Sequence record: NC_019403.1
Length of the DNA stretch: 43,731 nucleotides
Direction: 5' to 3' (one strand)
Origin: Escherichia phage vB_EcoP_ACG-C91
In this document: piece after piece, positions 27,871-38,582 of the stretch
Layout of the letters: each line of letters begins with the position of its first letter
Position numbering within the stretch: the first letter of the stretch is position 1
Translations under genes and position numbers: made by a program
Notes under the pieces: model-generated
What the model was told of the DNA's origin: nothing
Databases searched by the model: none
What the model saw: the letters and a program-made list of their open reading frames with translations, nothing else

Positions 27871-28598
27871 TGGCAATCGGTTCAGCCGTTATGTCTGGTA
27901 TGTCTTCTATTGGTAGTATGTTTGCAGGCAGCGGTGCAGCAGCCGCTGCTGGAGGGGCAGCCACGGCCGCAGGTGGTGGAGGTTTACTAGGCTCACTTGG
28001 TGGCTTCCTCACTGGCTCAACCGCTGGCTTCTCTAATGCTGGCCTTCTTAGTGCTGGCCTTCAGGGTTTAGGCTTAATTGGTGATCTCTTTGGTGGGAGT
28101 GATGAAGCCAAGGCGATGAAGAAAGCACAAGAAGAGCAATGGCGGCAGCAATTAATTGCTACACAAGAAGCGTACAAGACAGTGGCAGACGCAGAACGTT
28201 CTGCTGCAAAACAGTATCATGCAGATGCAATCAGTAATCAGGCTTCACTGCTACAGCAGCGAGCACAGGTTGCATTACTTGCTGGGGCCACTGGTACTGG
28301 CGGTAACTCTGTGTCCTCTATGCTTAATGATTTAGCAGCAGATGGCGGCAGAAACCAGAGTACCATCATTGATAACTATGAGAATCAGAAGATTAATTTC
28401 ACCAACCAGCTTAAGTCTATCCAACGCGGTGGTCAGATGCAGATGCGTGAGTTTAAGAAGCCTTCTGCTATGAGCACCTTAGTTCAGGGCATTCCAAGTC
28501 TGGCATCTGCTTATGTAACTGGTAGTAAGTCTGGCAAGGCATTAGGTAAAGCCTTAACTGATTCTCGTACATATTCATCTGGAACAAGAGGTATTTAA
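27870..28598 (+). CDS. Internal virion protein (Gly/Ala-rich N-terminus)
   Basis: 242 aa; first of three consecutive core-protein genes. Confidence 0.7.
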   Translation: MAIGSAVMSGMSSIGSMFAGSGAAAAAGGAATAAGGGGLLGSLGGFLTGSTAGFSNAGLLSAGLQGLGLIGDLFGGSDEAKAMKKAQEEQWRQQLIATQEAYKTVADAERSAAKQYHADAISNQASLLQQRAQVALLAGATGTGGNSVSSMLNDLAADGGRNQSTIIDNYENQKINFTNQLKSIQRGGQMQMREFKKPSAMSTLVQGIPSLASAYVTGSKSGKALGKALTDSRTYSSGTRGI

Positions 28599-31546
28599 TG
28601 GCAATCGAGCGACAAGCAGTACAAGGTCTGCCACAAGTGCAGGCCACTTCTCCTAATGTCATGACCTTTGCACCTCAACAAGTTGGAGGTGTGGAGGCTG
28701 GCGTGGCTTCTACCTCCGGTAGTAGGTTTATCGAAGACCTTATTCGTGCAGCCAGCAGTGTGGCTGATGTTACCACTGGTATTCTTAATCAGAAGATTGA
28801 GGAAGATAAGGTTGTTCAAATGGAAAGGGCATACAATGGATTAATGCCCTCTGAGGACGCAACTCGTGGTGGCGCTCGTGCTAACATGCTTGTCAAAGCT
28901 CAACTGCTAGCTAATGATGAAGCAGCACGAATGAAAGACATGGCTACTCGTTTCCAAGGGACGGATGACGAGTGGACACAACTTATGGTTGACTCTCGTA
29001 ATGAGATGCAGAATAAGCTGTTCAAGCAATACCCTGAGTTGCAAGGTGACAAAGATACTATGCGTATGGTCACTAATGTCTTCCAAGAACAGCAGCCTCA
29101 GATTTGGGCTACACGGACCCGGCATAAACTTGACCGTGAACAAGCAGACCGTGAGGATACCTTTGACGGGCGAGTGGCTTCTACTTGGGATTCTAATATT
29201 GATCCTGAAGCCTCTGGCTATGCTTTACAGGAACGAATCCGCGAAGGTCTGACTCAAGGATTACTACCTGAACAGATGCACAAGAAGTTAGTCCAGCGGG
29301 CAATTTCACTTGCACAAGGTGGAGATGTTAGCATGGCTGAAGCCCTGAAGTATGTGAAGGACGATAAGGGCGTTTCTGTTTATGCTAAGAATCCACAGCT
29401 TATCACAGCCATCACTAGTGGTAATGCAGTTTGGGCTAGAAATAATGTAGCTGATGTAACTCGTATGTCTTTTGAAGTCAAAGAATCCTACCTTGCAGGT
29501 GACTTGACTGATGAAGAGTTACTTGAGCGAGCACAGCACATTAATGGTCTGACAGGTAACTCTGTCTTCTCTAATCCAGAACTTGAAGCACTCATGCGTC
29601 AACGAGCTAAACAGAATGCAGAACTAGGTGCAATGCAAGATATGCGCCGTGAGCTTTATTCTGATCGCATGATAGGGTTCCAAGGCAAAACTGACAAAGA
29701 GAAGAAAGCCTATGTTGATGTTATTAAACAGGACAGTCAACTATGTGCAGACCAGCAGATTAAGCAGCGAGGTCTTGACCCTTATAGCCAAGAAGCTGAA
29801 GCTATTCGTGGTGCTGTAGAGGTTCAACGGCTCCAGTTTATGAACTCAAAGGGCTTAGTGGATGACACCTTTGAAGCTCGTATCAAGGCTATGGAATCTA
29901 TGCTATCACCTGAACACTTCTCTAAAGGTGAGCCACAAGAGTTGATGAACATTCGCCAGCTGTGGGAGCAGCTACCCGAAGAAAGCCGAGGTGTCTTTGG
30001 GGACACGGTGAATGGCTACATGGACAACTATAATACCGCCTTGCAGATGGGCGAAACACCTTTGCAGGCTGCAAGGTTTGCCCGTGAAGCACAGCAGAAA
30101 TTCTCTCGTACTGAGAAAGAAACTAAGAAGTTTAACTCGGCTATTGGAGATGCACTTGATGAAGTATCAGGTGCTGGCTGGTTTGATGGTAAAACTGAAG
30201 TGTCTGACTTAGGTAAAGCTATCGCAGAAGAAGAACTGCGAGCTAAGGCGAATATGCTGTGGTCTAGCGGTATGCGCAACATGGACTCTATCAAGAAGGC
30301 TTTAATTACTTGGGGCAATAAGAGATATACTCAATCAGAGGATGCAAAGACTTCCGGTGGATACTTTATTAAAGGTGATTACACTTCTGCATCTGATATG
30401 CTTATGTCAGTTGGGAAAGGTGTAAACCCTACCGATGTTCCTCTGGCGCTAGGTAGGTATGTAGAGACACAGATGCCAGAGCTGAAGAAAGAGCTTCAAG
30501 AGTGGGAAACTAAAGATGATGTATATATTGATTACAATGAACAGAAAGGAACTTTTGTGATTCGTGCTGGTGCAGCAGGTCGCCCTCTTTCTGGAGTAAT
30601 CCCTGTAACATCCTTGGATACCACTTCCCTATTGGATTCTGCTTACAAGGCGAAAGTTGAAGCACGAAATAAAGGTGAATATGTACATCCCTATCGTACA
30701 GATATTGGTGCACAAGAGCCTATGCCAGATAAACCTACGGCTAAAGACATTGGTAAGCTAGGTCTTGCTAATTTCCTTATGTCTTCTGCTTTTGCTTCCG
30801 GCGAGAATCTCCCTGTTAACTTCGAGATTAACTATCAAGGAAACATGCAGCAGTTCTACAACAAGCTGGCTATGGAGGAAAATAGAGATAAGGTTGGCTT
30901 TAATAAGGCAACTGGAACCTTTACCCCATACAAAGATGCTCACGGTGAGTCCATAGGTTACGGTCACTTCTTAACAGAGGAGGAGAAGAGGAACGGATAT
31001 ATTAAGATTGGAGACGAGCTAGTTCCATACCGAGGTTCTATGTCTCAGCTTACTGAGAGTAAGGCCCGTGCCCTTATGAAGCAAGATGCCAAGAAGCATG
31101 TACCTTCTACTCGTGATTGGAAGATCCCATTTGACCAAATGCATCCAGCGCAGCAACGTGGTATTATGGGTTTATCTTACAATCTAGGTCGTGGTGGTAT
31201 CCAAAACTCACCTCGTGCACTTGCTGCATTCAAAGCAGGTAAGCTCACTGAAGGCTTTATCGAAATGCTTGGTACAGCCTCAAGTGAAGGTAAGCGCATT
31301 CCTGGCTTATTGAAGCGTAGGGCAGAGGCTTATAATATGGCATCTGCTGGAGGTGTGCCTAAGATTACCGAAGTAGAGACTCGTGAAGATGGCTCTATGT
31401 GGGTTAAGTTTGGTGGACCTATGCCAGCAGGGTCTGTTTCTGCATGGACTCACAAACGTATTGGTGCTGATGGTTGGTATCAAGTCTATGAGGCTGCACC
31501 AACTAAATTAGCCAAAGGAACCAAAGTGGGTAAAATTAAGTTATAG
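28598..31546 (+). CDS. Internal virion (ejection) protein with C-terminal lysozyme-like domain
   Basis: 982 aa; C-terminal region YKDAHGESIGYGHF...GIMGLSYNLGRGG resembles T4-lysozyme-type (GH24) motif YKDTEGYYTIGIGH. Confidence 0.8.
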   Translation: MAIERQAVQGLPQVQATSPNVMTFAPQQVGGVEAGVASTSGSRFIEDLIRAASSVADVTTGILNQKIEEDKVVQMERAYNGLMPSEDATRGGARANMLVKAQLLANDEAARMKDMATRFQGTDDEWTQLMVDSRNEMQNKLFKQYPELQGDKDTMRMVTNVFQEQQPQIWATRTRHKLDREQADREDTFDGRVASTWDSNIDPEASGYALQERIREGLTQGLLPEQMHKKLVQRAISLAQGGDVSMAEALKYVKDDKGVSVYAKNPQLITAITSGNAVWARNNVADVTRMSFEVKESYLAGDLTDEELLERAQHINGLTGNSVFSNPELEALMRQRAKQNAELGAMQDMRRELYSDRMIGFQGKTDKEKKAYVDVIKQDSQLCADQQIKQRGLDPYSQEAEAIRGAVEVQRLQFMNSKGLVDDTFEARIKAMESMLSPEHFSKGEPQELMNIRQLWEQLPEESRGVFGDTVNGYMDNYNTALQMGETPLQAARFAREAQQKFSRTEKETKKFNSAIGDALDEVSGAGWFDGKTEVSDLGKAIAEEELRAKANMLWSSGMRNMDSIKKALITWGNKRYTQSEDAKTSGGYFIKGDYTSASDMLMSVGKGVNPTDVPLALGRYVETQMPELKKELQEWETKDDVYIDYNEQKGTFVIRAGAAGRPLSGVIPVTSLDTTSLLDSAYKAKVEARNKGEYVHPYRTDIGAQEPMPDKPTAKDIGKLGLANFLMSSAFASGENLPVNFEINYQGNMQQFYNKLAMEENRDKVGFNKATGTFTPYKDAHGESIGYGHFLTEEEKRNGYIKIGDELVPYRGSMSQLTESKARALMKQDAKKHVPSTRDWKIPFDQMHPAQQRGIMGLSYNLGRGGIQNSPRALAAFKAGKLTEGFIEMLGTASSEGKRIPGLLKRRAEAYNMASAGGVPKITEVETREDGSMWVKFGGPMPAGSVSAWTHKRIGADGWYQVYEAAPTKLAKGTKVGKIKL

Positions 31547-31610
31547 TACCTAACTCAAGGCTTGTCCAACGTGTTGGACAGGTCTTTATGATAGGCACTA
31601 AGGAGGTCAT

Positions 31611-34600
31611 ATGGAACAAGATATTCAAACTAATTGGGCTAGTTATGTACAGTCCACTCCTGAGCTGTTTGCTATTGAGGCGGCTCCGGTATCGGCTCCT
31701 ACGATACGTCAGCGTAATGAGTTGCAAGAGCAAGTTCTTGAAGCTAAAGCGGACGCTGATGTCTTAGGGGCTGTAGGTGCTGCCTTCCAGAATGAATGGT
31801 TGGCATTTGGGGGTGAGCGGTGGTATGACCGTGCCACTGCTGACTTTGCACCTCAACCTGACTTTGAAATACAACCAGAGCGACGTGAAGCTCTCCGCTT
31901 CAAATATGGCACAGATATGATGCAGGCAATCACGGAAGGGGTTCGCTCTGAGGATGAGTTAAACTTTCGTATTCAGAATGCAGATGAAGACCTTGAGCGC
32001 AATAGGCGTATTGCTCAGGCAGGCTGGGTTGGCCCTGTGGCAACGGTTGGTGCTGCTGTGCTTGACCCTGTAGGCTGGGTTGCCTCTATTCCAACTGGCG
32101 GCGCAGTTAAGGTTGGCCTTGTGGGTCGTGCTGTCCGTGGTGCTATAGCAGCTGGTGTGAGTAATGCCGCTATTGAATCCGTATTGGTCCAAGGTGACAT
32201 GACTCGTGATTTAGATGACATTATGGTAGCACTAGGTTCCGGTATGGCTATGGGTAGTGTTATTGGCGCTGTAGCGCGTGGTAGGGCCACTAAGCTCAGT
32301 GAGCAAGGGGATGACAGGGCTGCGAGTATTGTGCGCAGTGCAGACGCAGGGGACCGCTATGTGCGTGCTGTTGCTGACGACAGTATCGGTGCGATGCGTG
32401 TTAAGGGTGCAGAGGTGCTTACTGAGGGGGCTTTTGACATCTCTAGTAAAGGTGAAGATTTACTGAAAACCTTGCAGCGTGAGGGCAATGCGATAGACAT
32501 GACACCGCGCCGCTGGGCTGGAACTTTGTCTGCCCTAGGTACTGTTGTGCACTCATCTCAGGATGCCAGCATCCGTGGCCTTGGTGCTCGCCTGTTTGAG
32601 TCCCCGCAAGGTTTGGGTATGCAGAAAGCCTCTGCTAGTCTTATGCAGAATACCAATTTAAACCGCTTAAAGTCTGCGGATATGAACCGCTTCAATGATG
32701 GGTTTGATTTGTGGCTTAAGGAGAACAATATCAATCCGGTAGCAGGGCACACAAACTCTCACTATGTACAGCAATACAACGAGAAGGTATGGGAGGCTGT
32801 GCGTATCGGTATGGATGAATCTACGCCTAAATCCATCCGCATGGCAGCAGAAGGGAAGCAAGCTATGTATCGTGAAGCCTTAGCCTTACGCCAACGCTCT
32901 GGTGAAGCTGGCTTTGAAAAGGTTAAAGCTGACGATAAGTATATGCCTGATATTTTTGATAGTATGAAGGCTCGCCGTCAATTCGATATGCATGATAAAG
33001 AAGATATTATTGAGTTATTCTCTCGTGCATACCAGAATGGTGCTCGTAAGATTCCAAAGGAAGTAGCAGAGGAGATTGCACGAGCACAGGTTAACCGTGT
33101 TGCTGATGCCACCTTGACAGGTCGTATGAGTTTTGAAAAAGCTATGTCTGGTCAAACTAAAGCAGAGTATGAAGCTATTATGCGTAAGGCTGGCTTTAGT
33201 GATGAAGAAATTGAAAAGATGGTAGAAGCTCTGGATAACAAAGAAACCAGAGATAATATCTCTAACCGAGCTAAGATGAGTTTAGGGTTGGATGTTACTC
33301 AAGAGTACAAGGGTATCCGTATGCGTGACTTTATGAATACCAACGTAGAGGAGTTAACAGACAACTACATGAAAGAAGCGGCAGGGGGTGCTGCATTAGC
33401 TCGCCAAGGCTTCTCTACTTATCAAGCCGCACTTAACGCCATTGACCTTGTAGAGCGAAATGCACGTAACACAGCCAAAGATAGTAAAGCAAGCCTAGCT
33501 TTAGATGAGGAAGTTCGTCAGATGCGAGAAGGTCTTCGCTTAATTATGGGTAAATCTATTGATGCAGACCCACAGGCTCGCTCCGCTAAGATGCTGCGTC
33601 GTGGTCGTGACATTACAGGTGTACTTCGCTTAGGTCAGATGGGCTTCGCACAGCTAGGTGAACTTGCTAACTTCATGGGTGAGTTTGGTGTTGCTGCAAC
33701 CACTATAGCTTTAGGTAAGCAATTCCGCTTTACCTCCAAAGCACTACGCAGTGGTGATGGCTTCTTCCGAGATAAGAACTTGGCAGAAGTAGAGCGAATG
33801 GTAGGTTATATTGGTGAAGACAACTGGCTAACAACCAAGGGTGCACGTCCAGACGAGTTCGGTGATGTAACAACGGTGCGCGGTATGATGGTCCACTTTG
33901 ACCAGTCCATGAACTCAATTCGTCGCGCTCAGACAAACCTGTCCCTCTTCCGCATGGCTCAGGGTTCTCTAGAGCGAATGACCAATAGGCAGATAGCCCT
34001 GTCTTTTATCGACCACCTTGAAGGTAAGAAGGTTATTCCTCAGAAGAAACTTGAGGAGCTTGGTCTTACTCAGGAGTTCATGACTAGCTTACAGAATCAT
34101 TATGATGCTAACTCTAAAGGCTCTGGCTTACTTGGCTTTGATACAATGCCTTATGCCATGGGTGAAACTTTAGCTAATGCTATTCGTCGTAAGTCAGGTT
34201 TAATTATCCAACGTAACTTCATTGGTGATGAAGGTATCTGGATGAACAAAGCACTAGGCAAGACCTTTGCACAACTTAAGTCATTCTCTCTCGTATCTGG
34301 TGAGAAGCAATTTGGTCGAGGTATTCGCCACGATAAAATTGGCCTAGCTAAGAAGACAGCCTTTGGCTTTGCTTTAGGTTCTATGGTGTATGCAGCGAAA
34401 ACTTATGTTAACTCTATTGGACGAGATGACCAAGATGAATACCTTGAGGAGAAACTGTCACCTAAAGGTTTGGCATTTGGTGCATTGGGCATGATGAGTA
34501 CAACTGCTGTATTTAGTCTAGGTGGGGATTTCTTAGGCGGTTTAGGTGTTCTTCCCTCAGAGTTGGTACAATCACGTTATGAGGCTGGCTTTCAGACTAA

Positions 34601-34796
34601 AGGCTTGATAGACCAAATTCCCCTAGTTGGTGTAGGTCAAGATGCTTACCGTCTGGCAGACTCTATAACTAAGTACGCTGAAGGTGACACAGAGGGCGTA
34701 GATGTGGCACGCAGAGTGTTGCGCTTAGTGCCTCTTACAAATGTAATAGGGGTCCAAAACGCATTGCGTTATGGCTTAGATGAACTGGAGGATTGA
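31611..34796 (+). CDS. Internal virion (ejection/core) protein, large
   Basis: 1061 aa; Gly/Ala-rich hydrophobic segments near N-terminus; TAAGGAGG RBS; position as T7 gp16. Confidence 0.8.
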   Translation: MEQDIQTNWASYVQSTPELFAIEAAPVSAPTIRQRNELQEQVLEAKADADVLGAVGAAFQNEWLAFGGERWYDRATADFAPQPDFEIQPERREALRFKYGTDMMQAITEGVRSEDELNFRIQNADEDLERNRRIAQAGWVGPVATVGAAVLDPVGWVASIPTGGAVKVGLVGRAVRGAIAAGVSNAAIESVLVQGDMTRDLDDIMVALGSGMAMGSVIGAVARGRATKLSEQGDDRAASIVRSADAGDRYVRAVADDSIGAMRVKGAEVLTEGAFDISSKGEDLLKTLQREGNAIDMTPRRWAGTLSALGTVVHSSQDASIRGLGARLFESPQGLGMQKASASLMQNTNLNRLKSADMNRFNDGFDLWLKENNINPVAGHTNSHYVQQYNEKVWEAVRIGMDESTPKSIRMAAEGKQAMYREALALRQRSGEAGFEKVKADDKYMPDIFDSMKARRQFDMHDKEDIIELFSRAYQNGARKIPKEVAEEIARAQVNRVADATLTGRMSFEKAMSGQTKAEYEAIMRKAGFSDEEIEKMVEALDNKETRDNISNRAKMSLGLDVTQEYKGIRMRDFMNTNVEELTDNYMKEAAGGAALARQGFSTYQAALNAIDLVERNARNTAKDSKASLALDEEVRQMREGLRLIMGKSIDADPQARSAKMLRRGRDITGVLRLGQMGFAQLGELANFMGEFGVAATTIALGKQFRFTSKALRSGDGFFRDKNLAEVERMVGYIGEDNWLTTKGARPDEFGDVTTVRGMMVHFDQSMNSIRRAQTNLSLFRMAQGSLERMTNRQIALSFIDHLEGKKVIPQKKLEELGLTQEFMTSLQNHYDANSKGSGLLGFDTMPYAMGETLANAIRRKSGLIIQRNFIGDEGIWMNKALGKTFAQLKSFSLVSGEKQFGRGIRHDKIGLAKKTAFGFALGSMVYAAKTYVNSIGRDDQDEYLEEKLSPKGLAFGALGMMSTTAVFSLGGDFLGGLGVLPSELVQSRYEAGFQTKGLIDQIPLVGVGQDAYRLADSITKYAEGDTEGVDVARRVLRLVPLTNVIGVQNALRYGLDELED

Positions 34797-35758
34797 TGAG
34801 TTATACTTTCACAGAGCATATAGCCAATGGTACGCAGGTTACTTATCCTTTCAGCTTTGCTGGCAGGGATAAGGGTTATCTCCGTGCCTCAGATGTAATA
34901 GTGGAGTCTTTCCAAGCTGGGACTTGGATAGAAGTAACATCTGGTTGGCAACTGTCTGGTACACACCAGATTACCTTTGATGTAGCACCAGTTAGGGGTT
35001 TGAAGTTCCGCATTCGAAGAGAGGTGCAAAAGGAGTACCCATATGCAGAGTTTGACCGTGGTGTTGCTCTGGATATGAAATCACTGAATGGCTCCTTTAT
35101 TCACATCCTAGAAATCACCCAAGAAATTCTAGATGGGTTTTATCCAGAAGGTTACTTCGTTAAGCAGGATGTGTCATGGGGTGGCAATAAGATAACCAAC
35201 CTAGGCAATGGTACTGAGCAGGGAGATGCGGTCAATAAAGGGCAGCTTGACGCTGTGGATGCTAAGCACACAGAGTGGAACTCACGTCAGGATTTAGAGA
35301 TCGCAGGTATTAAGAAGGGCATGACCTCTGGGGTAGCACACAGAACAATCCCTTGGTATATGTTGGCCTCTGGTGGAGAACAAATCATACGCCCACCTTA
35401 CACCTTTGATGATGCAATAGTGTTTATTAATGGTGTATTCCAGCATGAATTAGCTGGTGCAGTGTCGGTGGGGCATGACGTTATAGCCTTGTCTGAACCA
35501 CTTCAAGCAGGGGATGAGTTGTATGTACTTATTGGTAGCCGCATCACACCACCTACTAGTGAAGATACTATCCTGTTATCCCAGCAGGTAAGTGAGGGAA
35601 CACAGGCAATTGACATAGTAACTGCCTTTAAGCGTATTGATGTTTACCTCGACGGCCTGTATCAACCTAATGACTCTTATAACATTCAGGATACTACTAT
35701 TACTTTTAGTGAACCATTACCTGAATGCACACTGAGCGCCAAACTACAGTTAGTATAA
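34796..35758 (+). CDS. Tail fiber-like adaptor protein (T7 gp17 N-terminal-domain homolog)
   Basis: 320 aa; N-terminal region resembles the tail-attachment domain of T7 gp17; too short to be a full fiber. Confidence 0.8.
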   Translation: MSYTFTEHIANGTQVTYPFSFAGRDKGYLRASDVIVESFQAGTWIEVTSGWQLSGTHQITFDVAPVRGLKFRIRREVQKEYPYAEFDRGVALDMKSLNGSFIHILEITQEILDGFYPEGYFVKQDVSWGGNKITNLGNGTEQGDAVNKGQLDAVDAKHTEWNSRQDLEIAGIKKGMTSGVAHRTIPWYMLASGGEQIIRPPYTFDDAIVFINGVFQHELAGAVSVGHDVIALSEPLQAGDELYVLIGSRITPPTSEDTILLSQQVSEGTQAIDIVTAFKRIDVYLDGLYQPNDSYNIQDTTITFSEPLPECTLSAKLQLV

Positions 35759-35769
35759 GGAGGGGTTGA

Positions 35770-35994
35770 ATGATTAACTCCGAACTGGTAGACAGTGGTG
35801 TGAAGCTGGCGCCACCTGCACTTGTCTCAGGTGGGTACTTCCTCGGTATCAGTTGGGATAACTGGCTTGTAATTATGACCCTCATTTACACTATTATGCA
35901 AATGGGTTGGTTTATCTACGAGAAGGTCCGAACTATAAAACAGAGAAGAAAAGAGAAGTGTATTCAGAAGTTGAAAGAGCAGGATACATCATAA
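35770..35994 (+). CDS. Holin (T7 gp17.5-like)
   Basis: 74 aa; LAPPALVSGGYFLGISWDNWLVIMTLIYTIMQMGWFIY parallels T7 holin (AAPIVGTGV...GLSLNEWFYVAAIAYTVVQIG); single TM plus charged C-terminus. Confidence 0.7.
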   Translation: MINSELVDSGVKLAPPALVSGGYFLGISWDNWLVIMTLIYTIMQMGWFIYEKVRTIKQRRKEKCIQKLKEQDTS

Positions 35995-36344
35995 CTGAAG
36001 AAGGTTTTGTATTAAGTAAGAAGGGTAAGAGGCTGGCAGGAGCTATCAGAGAAAGAGGCTACCGTACTGTTTCTCTGCGAATTGATGGTAAGACTAAAAC
36101 TTATAAAGTACACAGATTAGTAGCATGGAAGCACGTACCTAATCCTCACAATTATAAGATAGTAAGCCATAAAGATCGCAACCCTTCTAATTGTCATAAA
36201 GACAACCTAGAGTGGTGTACTCAACAGGAGAATACAATACATGCACATTATGGTTGTTTAAACATTGACAACAAGGTTGCTGAAGCTAAACGATTAAGGG
36301 AGGAGGTTGGTCTTACCCTAAAATTGGTAGGCATTTCGGACTAG
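35907..36344 (+). CDS. HNH homing endonuclease (HNH_3 type)
   Basis: GYRTVSLRIDGKTKTYKVHRLVAWKHVPNPHNYKIVSHKDRNPSNCHKDNLEWCTQQEN: canonical HNH motif; start uncertain (ATG 35907 overlaps holin; alternative in-frame GTG 35958). Confidence 0.85.
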   Translation: MVYLREGPNYKTEKKREVYSEVERAGYIITEEGFVLSKKGKRLAGAIRERGYRTVSLRIDGKTKTYKVHRLVAWKHVPNPHNYKIVSHKDRNPSNCHKDNLEWCTQQENTIHAHYGCLNIDNKVAEAKRLREEVGLTLKLVGISD

Positions 36345-36384
36345 ACCACAAGACCGTATGGTACTGGATTAACGGGAGGCGTAC

Positions 36385-36684
36385 ATGAGCGTACACAATA
36401 AACATGCAGCTACAGAGGATGAAGTTGGCATTCTGCATGGTGCTATTACCAAAATCTTCAATAAGAAAGCACAGGCAATACTGGACACTATAGAGGGGGA
36501 CCCCGATGCAGCATTGCATTTAGTATCTGGTAAAGATATTGGTGCTATGTGTAAGTGGGTTCTAGATAACGGCATCACTGCTACACCTGCTGCACAGCAG
36601 GAAGAGTCCAAGTTATCTAAGCGCCTCAAGGCTATCCGAGAGGCATCCAGTGGTAAGAGCATCCAATTCACTAAGGAGGATTGA
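36385..36684 (+). CDS. Terminase small subunit (putative)
   Basis: 99 aa directly upstream of and overlapping large terminase; GGGAGG RBS. Confidence 0.6.
   Translation: MSVHNKHAATEDEVGILHGAITKIFNKKAQAILDTIEGDPDAALHLVSGKDIGAMCKWVLDNGITATPAAQQEESKLSKRLKAIREASSGKSIQFTKED
36470..36492 (+). promoter_or_regulatory. Promoter-like sequence inside small-terminase ORF (ACTGGACACTATAGAGGG)
   Basis: Matches the downstream 15 nt of consensus; upstream part diverged. Confidence 0.35.
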
Positions 36685-38582
36685 TGGCTAAGGCAAGAGA
36701 ATCACAAGCAGAGGCTCTTGCCAGATGGGAGATGTTACAGGAGTTACAGCAGACCTTTCCTTACACAGCAGAAGGTTTGCTTCTCTTTGCAGATACAGTT
36801 ATCCATAACTTGATTGCAGGCAACCCTCATCTGATTCGTATGCAGGCCGATATATTAAAGTTCTTATTCTATGGACATAAGTATCGCCTCATCGAAGCGC
36901 CTCGTGGTATTGCTAAGACAACACTATCAGCAATCTATACAGTATTCCGTATCATCCATGAGCCACATAAACGTATCATGGTTGTATCCCAAAACGCCAA
37001 GCGAGCAGAGGAAATTGCAGGTTGGGTAGTGAAAATCTTCCGTGGCCTAGACTTCCTTGAGTTTATGCTACCGGACATATACGCTGGCGACCGTGCATCC
37101 GTCAAAGCATTTGAGATTCACTACACGTTACGCGGCAGCGATAAGTCACCTTCTGTATCCTGTTACTCTATCGAAGCAGGTATGCAGGGTGCTCGTGCTG
37201 ATATTATTCTAGCAGATGACGTAGAATCGATGCAGAATGCTCGTACAGCAGCAGGTCGTGCCTTGCTTGAGGAATTAACTAAGGAATTTGAATCTATCAA
37301 CCAGTTTGGTGATATTATCTACCTTGGGACACCACAGAATGTAAACTCTATCTACAATAACTTGCCTGCCCGTGGATACTCTGTTCGTATCTGGACGGCA
37401 CGTTATCCTTCAGTAGAACAGGAGCAATGTTATGGTGACTTCCTTGCACCAATGATTGTTCAAGATATGAAGGATAACCCAGCACTTCGCTCTGGCTACG
37501 GTTTGGATGGTAACAGTGGTGCACCTTGCGCACCTGAGATGTATGATGACGAAGTGTTGATTGAGAAGGAAATTTCTCAAGGTGCTGCTAAGTTCCAGCT
37601 TCAGTTTATGCTGAACACTCGCATGATGGATGCTGACAGATACCCACTTCGTCTAAACAATCTAATCTTTACTTCGTTCGGTACAGAGGAAGTCCCTGTG
37701 ATGCCTACGTGGAGTAATGATTCTATTAATATCATTGGCGATGCCCCTAAGTATGGTAACAAGCCTACAGACTTTATGTATAGACCTGTAGCCCGTCCTT
37801 ACGAATGGGGTGCTGTTACCCGTAAGATTATGTATATTGACCCTGCGGGTGGTGGTAAGAACGGGGATGAAACGGGTGTGGCTATCGTCTTCCTGCACGG
37901 CACATTCATTTATGTGTATCAGTGCTTTGGTGTGCCGGGAGGATACCGCGAATCGTCCCTGAATCGCATTGTGCAGGCCGCAAAGCAGGCGGGTGTTAAA
38001 GAGGTATTCATAGAGAAAAACTTCGGCCATGGCGCGTTTGAGGCCGTAATTAAGCCGTACTTTGAGCGAGAGTGGCCTGTGACTCTGGAAGAGGATTACG
38101 CCACCGGACAGAAAGAGTTGCGTATCATTGAAACACTAGAGCCACTAATGGCGGCCCACAGGCTCATCTTCAACTCAGAGATGGTCAAGTCTGATTTTGA
38201 GTCGGTACAGCACTATCCGCTTGAACTACGCATGTCATACAGCCTTTTCAATCAAATGTCGAACATCACGATTGAGAAGAACAGCCTACGACACGATGAC
38301 CGCTTAGACGCTCTGTATGGCGCTATACGGCAATTAACTTCTCAGATAGACTATGACGAGGTTACACGGATTAATCGCCTCAGAGCGCAGGAGATGCGCG
38401 ATTACATCCATGCTATGAACACACCTCACCTCCGTAGGGCAATGCTCTATGGAGATTATGGCACTGAGCGAAGAGTAACCAACACTTCCGTGGCTATGCA
38501 GCAAAGAGTATACGGTCAGAATTACAGGAGTAAATCGGCAAGCAGAAATACACTTTCTGCAAGGATTTCAAGGACTTATTAA
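36684..38582 (+). CDS. Terminase large subunit (DNA maturase, T7 gp19-like)
   Basis: 632 aa; Walker A-like PRGIAKTT; ATG 36684 with AAGGAGG RBS. Confidence 0.9.
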   Translation: MAKARESQAEALARWEMLQELQQTFPYTAEGLLLFADTVIHNLIAGNPHLIRMQADILKFLFYGHKYRLIEAPRGIAKTTLSAIYTVFRIIHEPHKRIMVVSQNAKRAEEIAGWVVKIFRGLDFLEFMLPDIYAGDRASVKAFEIHYTLRGSDKSPSVSCYSIEAGMQGARADIILADDVESMQNARTAAGRALLEELTKEFESINQFGDIIYLGTPQNVNSIYNNLPARGYSVRIWTARYPSVEQEQCYGDFLAPMIVQDMKDNPALRSGYGLDGNSGAPCAPEMYDDEVLIEKEISQGAAKFQLQFMLNTRMMDADRYPLRLNNLIFTSFGTEEVPVMPTWSNDSINIIGDAPKYGNKPTDFMYRPVARPYEWGAVTRKIMYIDPAGGGKNGDETGVAIVFLHGTFIYVYQCFGVPGGYRESSLNRIVQAAKQAGVKEVFIEKNFGHGAFEAVIKPYFEREWPVTLEEDYATGQKELRIIETLEPLMAAHRLIFNSEMVKSDFESVQHYPLELRMSYSLFNQMSNITIEKNSLRHDDRLDALYGAIRQLTSQIDYDEVTRINRLRAQEMRDYIHAMNTPHLRRAMLYGDYGTERRVTNTSVAMQQRVYGQNYRSKSASRNTLSARISRTY

